From Plasmodiophora brassicae (taxonomy: Eukaryota): DNA of 64,000 nt. Positions 11,564-25,444 of the stretch are shown in pieces. Location: positions 124,001 to 188,000 of the forward strand of contig CP145426.1 in the NCBI GenBank assembly GCA_036867785.1, in the 5' to 3' direction. The notes beneath the pieces are model-generated. The model saw only the letters and a list, made by a program, of their open reading frames with translations, was not told the origin of the DNA and did not search any database. Each line of letters starts with the position of its first letter. The stretch's first letter is position 1. A program made the position numbers and the translations under genes.

Positions 11564-14500
11564 TTAATCAGTGTCCATGCCGTCGTCGTCGTCGTCGGAC
11601 GATGCGACGCCTTCGGCAACGTCGAGGTCGAACTCGTGCTGCTGGTCAGTGCCCAGGTACGAGTCGGAGACGGTGTACAGGCACAGGCGATGCGACCCGG
11701 CCGACGGCGCGATGAAGTCGAACTTGACCTAGCGCAGCACAACATCGATAGCCAGTCAGTGCATGCACGATCAGACGAAACAGGGCCCCCTCGCGCGCCT
11801 ACCGTCTGCGACATCTTCTGCAGGGCCACCTTCTTGATGCCGACCAGCCTGTTGTGCTGGACGTCGCCGAGCACGAGCCACCAGCCCTCGATGCGCTTCT
11901 GCGGGTACAGCGGGGCGATCACATCGTGGACGACGGCAACGTCGCCGTCGACGACGTCGTCTTCGTCGTGTTCGCGTTCGATCCGGACCGCGAGGGTGGC
12001 GCGAGCGCCCGCCGACACCTCGGGGGCGTCCACAACGGCGACGTCGACCGACAGGTTCGGCAGCTGGTTGCAGACGTTGGCCACGTCTTGCAGGTCGCCG
12101 GTGCTCATGCGCAGCAGCTCGACACGGGCGTCGTCGTCCATGTCCAGCAGCTGATCGATCGTCGTGATGCCGGCGTCCACACATCGCGCAAGGCACTCGG
12201 ACGACACGTGCGGCAGTTGCAGGAGCTGGGCGCCGTTCTGGTCCGCCCAGACGCCCTGGATCACCATCTGCGACAGGTCCATGGCCTGCAGCGCGGGCAT
12301 CAGCCACCCCTTGCTGGCGACGACGTCGACCAAGGCCTGGATCAGGCGGATCGCCTCGGGGAGCACCGTCTGCAGGTCGGTGAGGACCTCGGCCGACAAC
12401 GGGATCCGGGAGAAGTGTGCCTGGAGCAGCAGGTGCGCCTTGGTGTGCGAATCGTAGTACACGACGCGCTGCGTGTCGGGCGACGGCGGCGGCTGGAGGC
12501 GCAGGTGCTTGGCGAGCCGCTCCAGGACGTTCTCCTCGTACTGACGCACGGGCAGCGCGTCGAACTCGCTGGCCGCCGACACGATGTTCAGGACGCCCTT
12601 CAGCCGCGTCGACCCGGCCAGCGACTGGGCGAACAGCTCGATCGTCTGGTAGCGCAGGTAGTAGTGTGCGGCGACCATGCCCAGGTTCAGGGGCGACAGC
12701 GCCCCGGCATCGTCCGTCGCGATCATGTCGGCCGCCGCCAGGTCCTCCACGCTCGTCTCGATCAGCTCGCTCAGGTAGTCGCTCAGGTGGCGGTGCGTCG
12801 TGCCCCTGGGCGTGTGTCAGCGCAAGGAGGCCCCGGCGCCCAACCAAACCACGGGCGAACATACCTGAGGTTGTAATAGTTCGGGTTGCGAGACAGGCGC
12901 CGGTACAGGAGCGTCCAGGTCAGGTAGTCGACCGCCTCCTGGACGTTGCAGATGGTGCGATTGACGACCTCGGCGTTGAGGTGGTCGGCCAGGAATTGGT
13001 CCAGGTGCGACTCGACGGGGAACGCGTCGAGCAGGAACCGCGAGTAGAAATCGGCGCGGGACCGGTGGCAGAAGATGTCGACCCTGCCCAGCGTGTCCTG
13101 GCCCTGACGGCCGCAGCACCCGACCATCGCCTCGACCTCGACGATCGAGTAGTGCGACAGCTTCTTCTCCTGCCCGTCGTAGTACTGCGTCCCGAGGATC
13201 ACGACGTGATCGGTGCGCAGCGACAGCAGGTCGTACGCGAGCTCGTGGTCGACGACAAGCACCGACAGCGCCCCCGCCTGGAACAGCGTCCGCACCGTGT
13301 TCGCTTCCGTCTCGGAGAGGCCCGCGTGTAGGAACGCGATGCCGGACGTCATGGCTTCGCGAAGCGCCGCGTTCTGCACGCCGTCCAGATGGGTGCTCTT
13401 CAGCGCGTCGGCCGTGATGCCTCGTAGGAACGAGCGCACGGGCATCTCCGACATGGCCATGGACAGCATCGCCAGCGCCGTCCGACGAGCTTGCTGCCGG
13501 CTGGGCGCGAAGACGATCAGCTGCGGCTGGGCGTCGAGGCGTTCGTCGAACGACCGGCACCAGAGCGCGTACGCTGGGCGCACCATCGCCTGCTGGCGGT
13601 CCTCCTGGCTGTGGAACTCCATCCCGTGCAGGTGGATGTCGAGCGGAACGGGTCGCACCGCCGGGCTGAACGCGAACGTCGACCGCGGGTGCGCCCCGAT
13701 CCACTGTGCAACGTCGCCGGCGTTCGCCATCGACGCCGACAGGACCACGATGCGGATCGGGCGCTTCAGCTGGCTAGCGATGAAGCGGACGCGCGAGACG
13801 CAGACCTCGATGACGTGCCCGACCTGGGCGCCGATGAAATGCGCGTCGTCCACGATGACAAGGTTGAAGTTCTGGATCGCCGTTCGCGAGCGCCACTTGC
13901 GCGACAGGGCGTCAAAGTGGCCGGGTTCGCTGACGACGATCTGCGACGCGGATAGCACGCGCAGGTCGGTCGCCAGGTCGCCAGACAGCTGCCCGATCGT
14001 GCAGACGTCGCCAAAGTGGACCGCCCAGCGCTCCAGCGTGCTGCGGCACAGGCTGGCGTTCGGCGCGATGTACACGGCGCGTCCTTGCGGGAACGTGTTC
14101 AGCATGCGGAACAGGGCGAACTCGGCGCAGGCCGTCTTGCCCGACCCGGTGGGCGCGGCGACCAGCGCGCTGTCGTCCGACTCGAAGAGGCAGGGGAACG
14201 CCTGCGTCTGGATGGCGTTGAAGTGCCGGAAGTCGTACATGGCCCTGTGGCGCGGGTCGGCGAGCTCGGCGACGGGCAGCGGTTGCAGGTCGAGGAGTTC
14301 GGTGGCGGGCGCGAACTTGTCGGGAAGGATCAGGTGGCGAAAGCTGAGCGGGACGACGGTCGACGACCCGAGCCAGCGGTCGGACAGGATCCGGACAAAG
14401 TACTGAGGGGCGATCGGCTCCGACACGGACACGGTGAACGAGATCGTGTGCGGGTGGTCGGCGAACCCGGCCCGAAGGACGAACAGCTCGTGGTGCAGGA

Positions 14501-17500
14501 TGGTCTCGCTGTCCTGGTCCTCGACGAGCACCCAGAACGCCTGCGACGGGCCGTGCACGTCGACGTTGTACTCAAAGTCGGCCCGCAGCTCGAGGTCGAC
14601 TTTCAGGAGCGTGCGTGTGATCGGTTGGAACGTGGCGACGGCGTCGAGCTTGGGGACTTGGTGGATGCGCCGGTGCACCTGCTTGCCGAGCTTCGGCAGG
14701 CGGATCAGCTCGCCGAGCTGGTGCGGTTCGAGGTCCAGAAGCGCGTCCCAGGGCAGGTGCGTCTTCTCCAGCTTGTGGATGACGTCGATCGGCAGGCGAT
14801 GGTTGCCTCGGAACTGCCGCAGCGGCGACTCGATGGACCACATCCGGTGGTCGATCATCTGGCACAGGCTCAACGCCCGGGCGGCGTTATCCGCCCATTT
14901 GCGACGCAGGCAGATCTCGAACAGGGCGCGCATGAGACGCCCGGCCGACTGCGTCACGTAGCACAGGTCGGCGACCAACGCGAACCCCTCCATCGTCAAG
15001 CGGCTGATGTAGGCCTGCAGAAGGATGTTGACCTTGGCGGCGGGCTCGTCCAGCGTCTGCTTGACGGGGATCGGGACCTTGTCCAGCAGCTTGGCCAGCT
15101 CGATCTTCTCCTCCTCGCGGATCCCGATCTGCTTGAATTCCTCGCTGAGCGCGAACACGCGCAGCATGTCAATGTCGGACATGGTCGGCTTCAGGTATTC
15201 GCCGAACGCCGACATGGACCGATGCGACAGGTAGTAATGCGATGCGATCCGTCCCAGGTCGGTGGACGCCAGTGTCCCGCTCTTCCGGTCGTATTTAACC
15301 AGGCCCGCACGGTCTGGAAGGCCACATTCAGCGACGGTTTAAGCGGGGACGTCGAGCGACGCCTACCTAAAATGGTTGCCGCTGAGTGAACGAGATCGAG
15401 GCGGCGCTGCTCGAGCAGAGGGTCGTCTTTGAGCGAGTCAGGCGCCACGCCGTACAGCGCTGGATTGGACTTCATGCGGACGAACAGGTACGTGTACGTC
15501 AGCCACTGGGACGCCTCGCGAGCGTTGCGAACGGTGCCCAGCACGATCTCCGCATTGAGCGTGTCTGGCAGGCGAGACAGTAACTGGCTCTCGACAGGCA
15601 GCTGCTCGTTCAGCAACGAAAGGTAGTACTTCAGTTCTCTGTGGGTCGTCAGAATCGTGCCTTCGCAACGGGTCAGGGCGTTGCCGGCGTAGATCGAACA
15701 TCCGCACGACGGTACCTTCTCCGTACGTGTCGAACTGTGGGCGTCCGGCACGACCCAGCATCTGCATGACGTCTAGCATTGACAGTTCCGTCCAGCGTCC
15801 CAGCTCGGGTGAGTACACTTGGGTGCCCTTGATGATGACCGAGTGCGCCGGAAGGTTCACGCCCTGACGAAAACGTTCAGCCCGTTTCGTCAGGATATCG
15901 AACATTGCGGAAGCATTACCCAAGCAAGCGTCGCCGTTGACACGAGAACCTTCAAATGCCCTTCGGCGAACAAGTCTTCGACGGTACCTCTGTCAGCAGC
16001 CGTCATACCGGCGTGGTGAATACCGAACCCCATGGGTAGCCTGGCCCGTCGAGAATAAGAACAGACCCCATGCTGGCGGCAGGCAAATACCACATACACA
16101 TCTTTCAGGTCCTGCGAAGTGACCGACTTCGCTTCTTCGCTTAGGATCCCCATGGACGCAGATGATGGCGGTACGAACAGCGCCAACTTGTCGTGCTCCT
16201 GGTACGGTGGGATAAGAGGCGGCGCCGAGACAAGTGCGATGTGCTCACAAACCTGAGCCTGGTCTCGCAGGAACCGTGCCGTCGTAGCCGTATCCTTCCG
16301 GGAATGCACGAACACTAGCGCCTGATTCTTCCCGGCTTGTTGCAGGACGCGTTCCCAGCATAACTCATTCAGTTTCTGTCAAGCCGTGACGGCATCAGAA
16401 CAACGTATTACGAGGAATCAGTGGCCGTCCAGACCTGATACTGCTTAAACGGCCTCTTCGCTGTCACGCCAATGTAAACCTGTTGCAGCGGACACGGCCT
16501 GAATGTGTTGTCGAAGACGAACAGCCCGTTCTTCGCGTCGACGCGCAGCATTTCGGCAACATCGTCGTAGTTCGGCAACGTGGCGGACAGACCGACGATT
16601 CGAGTCAGCTCTTGCGAGTGCTGCCAGGCCGGGTAAGTCCAAGGCCACAGGCGCACCGACGACCCACGGTACCTCAATTTCGCGAATGGTTCGACTGATG
16701 ATTGCTTCGAGAACAGGGCCTCGAGTGTCATGCAGCAAATGGATTTCGTCGATAACAATCAGTGACACCAGGCTGGCGATGGCCGCATAGCCGCTCTTCC
16801 GGGTCACAATGTCCCACTTCTCCGGAGTGACAACCTAAGCGACACAGCCCCAAGATGAGAACCTGTGCGGGCGAACAAGGTAACCGACAAAGCCAACCAG
16901 AATCTGGGTATCCTTGATTTCCTCCCGGCTCAGCTGCTGGTCACCGGACAGCTCGCGAACCGTTACCCCGAAATGGCTCAGCCGGGTCGACAGCGTCCCG
17001 ACCATCTCGCGGACCAGTGACTTCATTGGTGCGACATAGACGACCTATTACACGTCATCAGCAACCTGGTACACGACAACATCCATTGACTCCGACCTTG
17101 AACGCGTCCACGTCCACGGTGCCGGTCTCCTTGTTCAGGTGAAGGCCGATCTCACGAAGGATGCAAAGAACGGCAACATTGGTCTTGCCGGCACCGGTGG
17201 GTGCGCACAGTAGGATGTTCGAAGCGCTGAACATGGCCGATCGATACAGGCGCGACTGAACAGGGTTCAACGAGGCATAACTGTGTACGGGTCAGAAACG
17301 CGACCAATGACTGCAAACCAGCCAGGGTTACTTTGCAAAAGCAGGGCGCGCCCATTCAGGCATCGTCAATATCTTGACGAGATCTGACAGCGCGGCCTTG
17401 TCAGGAGCGAGCGCAGGAACGAAGATCTCTTGGTAATCCTTGTGGTCCTTCTTCACGGCTGATTTAGGCAGCACCCATTCGGTGTTGGCCATGAAGTGCC

Positions 17501-19040
17501 CACCGCCCGTGAATGCCAGGGCGTCAATGTCGACCATGGCCACAGGGCGCCTGGTTGTTCCTCCCCATTCGTCCCGTGCACCTCCTTCGGTGGTCGGCCC
17601 GGCGGTACCCTTCTTCAGAGCGGCAACTTCTCTGAGCAACGACCGTTCGAGCTCTTTGCCACGATCCGCAGCCGTGCCTTTCGTGTGCATCAGCGCCTCC
17701 AGGAGACCTGAAACGATTACTAAGCAGGTGCCACTGCAGCTGGAAAGCGCACCATGTACCTCTAAGCCTTGGCTGCGCGAACATGCTGTCGCCAATACGG
17801 CGCCGCTCATCGTCGTTCTTCGCTCGTGCGAGCCGCGTGCACCATACGATCGTATCACGGTTCAGCATCAGGCGCTTGACGAATGCAAAGTGCTCAAAGC
17901 CAAGGGTGCCCACGACCGCGTTTTCAATGATTCGCGTGTCCTTATCCTGCGACAGCGTCGACAGAATGGATTCCGCCTTCGCCTGGGCCTCGATCGGATC
18001 CGTCACGAAAGACGACAGCTCACGTTGCAGCCAGAATGCATCGACCGCCTTCGGGTTGATAATATCCGGGTTCGTTTCATCTTGCATCAAGTCGGCATGG
18101 CTGACGCCCGCCTCCGTCTCACTCCGCCCCAGCGTTGTCTCCACAACGTGTTCATCCCCGTCCTCTTCGACCTCTTGCTCTTCTTCCTCCACGAAATCCT
18201 CGTTTTCACTCAGATCACCTGTCGGGCCGGCTTCTTCCTCTTCCTCTGGATATTAGCCGTGATGAGAGAACGTTTTTCAAAGAACCCCCACGAACGTACC
18301 GTCAAACACGACAGCGACGCCCATCTCTTCATCCATGCCATCCGTGACCTCACTCGTCTACGGTGACAATCAGTAAACAGACGATGAGAAGGACAGAGTC
18401 TCAGACGATACCTGCTGGAAATCGTGGATGCGGCCAGCAACGGACACAATCTGGCGGAACGTTTCTTCGTCGACAGAGGCGGAAAGCAAATCGGCAATGT
18501 CGCGTTTCAGTTGCCCCTGGGCGAGTCCAGCCTGGCCAGTACCGCCTTCCTGCGACTTGACTAGGGCAAGGACTTCTTCGCAGGCGCTCTGCATGACAGC
18601 GTGCGGCTGCCCGCTCATGATCCCGCTGACCGTTGTCATCAGGGCTGAGAACGCACGTCGTGTGTCCTGCGTTTTCGGTTCGTACAGCCCGACGACCTCC
18701 GCATCAAGCACATTGGCCCGCTTCCGGATCAGACGCTGACTGGTATCCGGTTTCTTAGCGGCCGCTAGCCTCCTCTTCTCAATACGATCCCTCAGCGACG
18801 TATCCTGCTCATGTGTCGTAACGGCCCTGAGGTAGACTGTCAGACGTTTGCGCACAGGGGATAATAGCATAGCGCATACCGTTCGCCCATCATCATGCGC
18901 ATTTCTCGCGCGGTCATGCTCTCGGCCAGCGACTGCACCTCGCCGGTCGGGCCGAGATCGCGCGGGCGCTTCTCGGAGTTAAGGACCAAGTTGGCATTCG
19001 CCTTGTACGCGTACTGGGCGATCTTCTCTGTGTCCTCCAT
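11564..19040 (-). CDS. BRR2: U5 snRNP 200-kDa helicase Brr2/SNRNP200 (multi-exon)
   Basis: N-terminal [22 protein letters not shown]-like DAFWLQR, two helicase cassettes ([23 protein letters not shown]), two Sec63 units, [21 protein letters not shown]; stop at 11564-11566. Confidence 0.97.
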
Positions 19041-19371
19041 GGTCGCACGCCTCGCTGCGCCAGCGACCACACACAACTGACCGTCGTAAGTCCGTCACGG
19101 ACTCCCTAACCTGACTTACGATCGCGATGCAGCTGCCAGTCGCGCATCACCATCTAGTGCGACTGTGTCGTGGAATACGCGCGCGACACACTGGACAGCG
19201 CAGGCGAGTGCGCCACTGGGATCGACAGTGGTGTCTGCAGCTGCTGCGCGACAGGGGGGGTGGACCGACTGTCGGGCGCTCCCGCGGCGGTGCCGTTGGC
19301 GGGTGGCGGACTGGCGGCAGCCACGGAGTCGGCCAGGAGTGGCGGCTGACAATCGGATGTGCACGCGGGAC

Positions 19372-20745
19372 ATGGGGCTGACGCCGGCGCCCATTCCGCG
19401 ATCCGATGGCCGCCTGCGGTTGATCTCGATGGACGAGCTGGATTGCTCGCCGAGTCGCGCCGATGGGATCAGCGCCCAGGAGGAGACGCGCCTGCGCAGC
19501 TCGGCCTGCGCGTTTATCGCGCGCGCCGGCAAAGACCTGCAATTGTAAAATCGCCACGTTGCCGACGAACCTTGCCCATCGTCTGAATCCGTCCTAATCA
19601 GCAAACAATTAGCGATAGCAACCGCCTGCGTCTATCTACATACGTTTTACATGCGATTTTCGTTCAAGTCGCGCGACACGTTGAAACTCGAAACGCGTTG
19701 ACGCTGATTCATGCGTGCAACAGAGCGTATGACCGATATGAGATGGCCCCCGTCTGTTTGTTCCTGGCTGGGAAAGTCGAGGAGCAAAGGAGGAAGGTCA
19801 AAGACATTGCAGAGATCTGTCACATGATCCGGCATAAGAAACGATTGTCAACCGACGTTCAGGTGCACGGCGTTCTTGTGTATACGCCCATAGCTCGGGA
19901 TGTGACTCGCAACGTTAGGCGCTGAAGGCGACCTGCGATGCGATATTGGATAAGGAGCTGCTGCTGCTGTCCGTCATTGAGTTCCACTTCCATCCGGCGC
20001 ACCCGTACCAATACTGCATGACGGTTCTGAAGAAGATGTTCCAGGGTGGGGCCGCCTCCAGCGGCACCGACAGTGTCAGCCCGAAATCGGGGACGCAGAC
20101 GCCACGTCTGGACCTGTCCAAAGCGGTCCAGAAGGAGATCGCTCAGTGCGCGTGGTTCATGATCAACGACAGGTAATCGTTAGGTTTCGAATGTCGATTG
20201 CTTCCACATCGATTAACGTGTAGCTACAGCTTAAAGACAACATTGTGCCTGGTCTACAGGCCCGAGAGTATCGCGTTGTCGTGCATCGACGCCGCTATCC
20301 GAATAATGAACCTGGACAGGGAAGAACCGATCGAGCTCGCGCCCGACTGGTTCACCACCCTGGTCGATACGATGGATGTCAGGCAATGTCGACATATATG
20401 GAGTGTCCTTCTTCAGGTCATAGAACTGGAGTCCCATGTCCATCAAGGTTCGGCATCAAAACCCATATGCGCGTGTGTCATGGAAGTGATCCCCCTTTGC
20501 TGCTGTTAGAGGATTCGAGGATTCTATGGGACAAGTTCCGACGTGTCGTCGCTGCCGCATCCGATGACCGCTCTACGCGGAACGGGTGCGCCGACTCCCA
20601 TGCTGACGAGAGCATCCCTGTCCCACCAGACGCTGCCGTCACGATTGCCGATGACAGTGAAAAAGAGCCCGGCGAGATCCAGCAGGGTGACGAGCGAAAC
20701 GCGGTTGACGATGGTCCTTCGCCCAAGAAAGCCAGAACGGAATAA
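19372..20745 (+). CDS. Transcriptional cyclin (cyclin T/K/L-like), multi-exon
   Basis: SPSRADGIS..EETRLR, TACVYLHTFYMR, CLFLAGKVEEQRRKVKDI, HPYQY, AWFMIND; C-terminal PKKAR NLS-like motif. Confidence 0.9.
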
Positions 20746-20884
20746 TACGTGTACATACAGGTAGTATACAACCCTGTCTGCGTCGAACGTCTGAACGCTT
20801 CGCAATTAGACGAGCGAACGAGGACCTGTCAGGTAGATATTTACCTCGTGGAGAATAGCCGATCGGATCAGGTGCCTGTCTTTA

Positions 20885-23063
20885 ATGAGCACGAGGGCCG
20901 CCCGTCGTCGTAAGACAGATTACGCTCGCGCGGCGCAAGCGGGCCATGACCACGATGTGCCACGGGAGGTTCCACATCGTCGGCGGACACGCCTGGCCCG
21001 CAGGCGCCTCTGGTTCGAATTCAGACGCAAACTGTTGACCCAGGGGCTGTTCCTCATCGCGCAAGCATCCATCACGCTTTTCGTAATCCTCGTCATATGG
21101 TGCTCCTGGTCAGTCACGTTCTACACCCACCCTTTGTCAGCCCTTGACGCGATATCTCAGGGCGTACCTGTTCCAGATGTCGCCAACGTTCCCGGATCCG
21201 ATCGATACGAATACGTGGACGGAGGCGCAGGTCACCCAGAGCCTGGCTGCCTATTCGGAGCTGGCGTCCACGATAGCGTCCACACTGCTGTTCTATGCCG
21301 ACGAGAACGTGATCGCCGAGGGGTTCAACAACCTCATGACGGAGATCGGGGACGACGTCCCCGTTCCTGGATTGGAATCGTTGGTCCTGCCCAAGTTCTA
21401 CAACCTGAACCTGAAGCCGGTGTCGATCACCCAGGAGCAGGTCCAGGGTCTGTCGCCGGTTGTGCTCGACCTGAAGCGGTACAATGCGGACCGGAGGACG
21501 TTCACGTTCCAGGCGGAGCTGAACGTAACGTTTGCGTCGGTCGATTTAAAGGTCTTACGTCAGACGTATCACGTTGATGGGCTGTACGGTAAAGTTCACA
21601 TTACCTTGGCGTTCCCGTCGCCGGACGAGGACTTCTTCGATTTCTACCTGCTGCTGGACTCGCTCGACCTGTTCGTCACCAAAGGCAGGGACTTCTTCTT
21701 CATCCGGCAGTCCGTGAACCTGGTCCTGGCCACCATCCGGCCCAAGATATGGCCGATTCTGTACCCGTCCGGCGTCGAATGGAACCTGCGCGTCGTCGAG
21801 CAGTACATCCGCGCGAAATGGATCATGAAGCGGGACCAGTTCGGGTACATCGCCCAGACCATGGGCGACGGACGCACCTCGGATGAGATCTACCGCGATG
21901 AACGACGCCTGCTGAGGACAGAGAAGCGAAATTCGCTGACAAACAGTAAGGCGAACGGGACGAACAGTCACGTACTTCGCCGGGGGAGGGGGACCTCACT
22001 GAAGTCGCATGTGTAGCACCCCCAAAGTACCAAAGGACGCTGTCGGGAACGTCCGGCAGACTGGCGGTCCCCGCGATGCTACAGGGCATGCGAAGCGATT
22101 ATAAGATGGAGAGCCTCGGGCGATGGGTGGCAATGGTGCGGCATGCCGCGTTCACGTTCGCCCTGAACAGAAAGCTCCAGCAGGCGTTCGGCGACGCGTT
22201 CATGAGTATATTTACCAGGTACATCGCATTCGTTGGCGTCAACGTCCTCGGGCGCATACTGTGTTGCATAGGGGGTTGCCCGGGATCCGCTGTAAATTCC
22301 AGCAGTTCACGTTGGGGATAGATTCCGCTGACGACCTCCCTGGCGTTGTGATGATGCCGGATCAGCACCCTGCGCCCTACATGTATCTGACGGCAACTGA
22401 CCTCCATCTGCCCAAGTTCCACATCAAGTTTTCCGTCAAAGGCCTATGGGGACTCTATAAGCTTGGAATTTCTGTCGGTCGCTGAACGACTTCGATCGTC
22501 ATATGACTGAGCTGCAGTGCAGATTAGGAACGTTCGCATGCATTCCGAGATCACCGTCCACGCTCTGTAAGATGGAGGTGGTCATTTCTATTTTCCAAGC
22601 CGCGTCACTGACGCGCCACTAGGCACCCGCTCTTGGTGCACAAGTCCTACCTGACATTTTTCTTTACCCAAGACCCCATTATCGACATCGACTGTGACCT
22701 TGTCCCTGGGCAAACCCACTTCCTTGGGATATCGTTGCCCAACAGCATTGAAAAGCCAATCTTCAGGTTCCTCAGGTACGAACGCGCATCGAAAATCGTG
22801 TCCTTGTGGTCATCTGCGTTTCAGCGACTACACGTTAAAGTCGTTGTTGCTGAATTGGATCCAGAACCTGCTGCGCAATGTCAGAGCGCCCAGAAAGGTG
22901 CATATCCCATGGGTCGACGATCCGACTGAGTTCGTCTTCTCCAGTAGCACTGCCCAGGTGCGCTGTCGTGCTGGACAATGGTGCCCCGCTCCTGCTGACT
23001 CTTTCCCAGAACGTGTTCAACGGCTTCAAGTACCTGTTCAAACTCAGCCTCGGGCAGCGATAA
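20885..23063 (+). CDS. Membrane-anchored protein with probable SMP/TULIP lipid-transfer domain(s), multi-exon
   Basis: N-terminal TM helix; segments ESLGRWV.., KFQQFTLG..LP, FFFTQDPIIDID, RNVRAPRKVHIP resemble SMP domains; several GT-AG introns. Confidence 0.5.
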
Positions 23064-23333
23064 CTAGGATACACAATATACCAATGTCGCAGGATTGCAG
23101 CACTCTGGGCTGTGGACGTCTATTCACTACATAGGTAGATTCGGCAAAGGCCTTCGCGACCAGCCCAGTTCCTTTCTGAAATAGGAGATGACGTCAGCGT
23201 GTCGCAAAAGGCGCTCAATGGAGACGAGAACGAGACGAGCAGTCAACAAGTACAGAATTTAACCTCACTTTGGTCACATACAATTGTACCGGAGGTGGCA
23301 GTGACTAAAGGGTGGGGGCGACTATATCGAGTT

Positions 23334-23682
23334 GGGGTCGGCGTTGCGAACGTCATCAACGTTGCAGACGGTCGCGCCGAGCACGGCCTCGGTTGCTCAG
23401 GCGGTGTCGGGGACGGACGGCCGGTTCGACGCGCGCATGATGGCCACCTCGATCGATTCGCCGGCCCCGGGCGCCTGGCCGATCGCCACGTTCACGTTCC
23501 TGATCTTCCGGAAGCGATTCGGGACCGACTGCCTGGCGAAGAAGGGGGCGTTCAACTTCTGGATCTGGTTCAACTCGTCGCCGGCAGTCGCCAGCATGGG
23601 GGACTCGTACAACTTCGGCATGGTGTCGTCGCAGACGCAGGCCAGCGTCCTGTGCACCATGTACTCGTCAGTGACCTGCAAC
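23334..23682 (+). pseudogene. Inverted partial copy of the PstS-GPCR ectodomain exon
   Basis: Highly similar to the reverse complement of ~28349-28703 (AWPIATFT..FNFWIWF..SSVTCN); small deletion, no start codon or flanking exons. Confidence 0.85.
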
Positions 23683-23953
23683 TGATAGACAAAAGTCTGA
23701 CAGTTCCCCGCAGAACCGATCGGGGTCGTCTTGCGATGCCGTTCTAATACATCCCTTGTCAGCGGTTTCGTGAGGCTGGCTGCGATGGGAGGAGCTCATG
23801 GCTAGCACTACGCAAATGGGAACGGTGATGACGGAGGAGTAATTCCAGATTTCGATTCTGAGGAACCGAATGTTGAGACGCTATGACGCGGACGTCAAGG
23901 ACTTCAAGCGGTTGGGTGCAGTTCACGGAGTGCGGGACAGGACTGCTGCGCCG

Positions 23954-24256
23954 ATGGCGGACGTCGACGACAAGCTGGCGTTGCTGGAGAAGCGCACAGA
24001 GGCGGCCGAGGCAGCGCTGACGGTGATGGAGGGCCGTCTGGCAACGATGGAGAGCGTGACGCGCCCCGATCTGTGCGATTTCAAGCGCGACTGTCTCGAG
24101 GACCTCGCCGTCGTCAAGGACGCGCTCATGCAGCAGCCCGCGCGTCACGCCGACGATCGCATGCAGGCGACCGTCGATGGCCTGCGCAAGGAGAACGCAA
24201 AGTTGAATTACCGCATCACGCATCTGCTGAGATCGTTGAAAGCCACCGACGCATGA
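23954..24256 (+). CDS. Small coiled-coil protein (~100 aa)
   Basis: MADVDDKLALLEKR..LRKENAKLNYRITHL heptads; coding-like codon bias. Confidence 0.65.
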   Translation: MADVDDKLALLEKRTEAAEAALTVMEGRLATMESVTRPDLCDFKRDCLEDLAVVKDALMQQPARHADDRMQATVDGLRKENAKLNYRITHLLRSLKATDA

Positions 24257-24283
24257 TAGTAAAGGGGGACCATCACGTATGGT

Positions 24284-25069
24284 TTAGGATGATTTGCGTT
24301 TCGAGATGGCCCGGCGTATCTTCTGGACAATCATATAGCCCCAGTACGCGTTCAGCATCATGAACAGGACGCTGAGGACAAAGTATACGATGAAGACGGC
24401 GACATGGGGAACGGGTCTCGTCGTCGTCAATGTTGAACCGTCCGCTGCCGCCGTCATGATCGGGACGAGGTCTTTCCAGAGAAGGAACGTGGCCGCTGTT
24501 CCGTACACGATGCGAACGGCGATGAACGTGACTGCGAACATGATCTTGGCAACCGTCAGGAGACCCGTCGACCCCCACCGAACATCCCGCAGGAACCCTT
24601 GCCAGTTCAGGAAGGGCGTACTGGCCTCGTAGACCAGGAAGGTGCAGCACCAGTACTGCCCAACAGGAAGGAGCGCCGCGCTGGCGTAGATGTACAGCGA
24701 GACGACGTGGTGGACGACGAACAGGACGTCGGATCTGCTGCCGCTGAAACGTTGGATGCTGTCGATCAGGTCGTGGAGGAAGTACCCCGCAGAGAACGAC
24801 AGCAGCAGGGTCGTCGAACGATCCGTACCGAACAGGCGATCCTCGTGAATGTTCGACGGCGTCGCCAGCAGGGCGACGCTTGCGGCAACGCTGATCAGCG
24901 CATGCACCGTGGACGTCAGGTACGCGCTCAGCTTCTTCGGCAACGCGGGCCGGTCGGCGGCGCCGAACGACGCATGAAACGCGGGCAACGACGTCTTGGA
25001 CAGGATCTCGAACAGGATCGTCGACCCGGCGATGGCGGGCGCATAGTCTGCCAGACGACCGGCGTCCAT
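24284..25069 (-). CDS. TLC (TRAM/LAG1/CLN8) domain membrane protein, TMEM56-like
   Basis: STVHA, SAGYFLHD, FVVHH, YEASTPFLN, FIAVRIVY, LNAYWGYMI motifs; about 6 TM helices. Confidence 0.9.
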   Translation of the reverse strand: MDAGRLADYAPAIAGSTILFEILSKTSLPAFHASFGAADRPALPKKLSAYLTSTVHALISVAASVALLATPSNIHEDRLFGTDRSTTLLLSFSAGYFLHDLIDSIQRFSGSRSDVLFVVHHVVSLYIYASAALLPVGQYWCCTFLVYEASTPFLNWQGFLRDVRWGSTGLLTVAKIMFAVTFIAVRIVYGTAATFLLWKDLVPIMTAAADGSTLTTTRPVPHVAVFIVYFVLSVLFMMLNAYWGYMIVQKIRRAISKRKSS

Positions 25070-25444
25070 ACGAATATACGGTTTAGCAGACACTGGCCCA
25101 GCGAATGCTGCGCGGGTCGACGACAGACGGGAGGCGCTGACTCGCTGCCCGTGAGTCAACAGCGAGGGGCGGATCTGCGCCGACCAGGACCAGCGAGGCG
25201 ACGACGCTGTATGTACCCCGGAAATAGCATCGACCTTGTCGTCGATCTGCTGTTCCATCATGTTGTGCCGATCCTGAGCCCAGCGCTCGCTACTGACGAA
25301 CGCGCCGCTCTGTCTCTGGGTATCCACCCGGCAATGCGGCGGCGAGCAGCAGCACATGACTGTGCGCCTTGCTCGCTACCATGACGCAGGGGCGCCGGGA
25401 ACGACCGGCAACGCGGGATTCGGCGTCGCGCACGACGCTATTTC

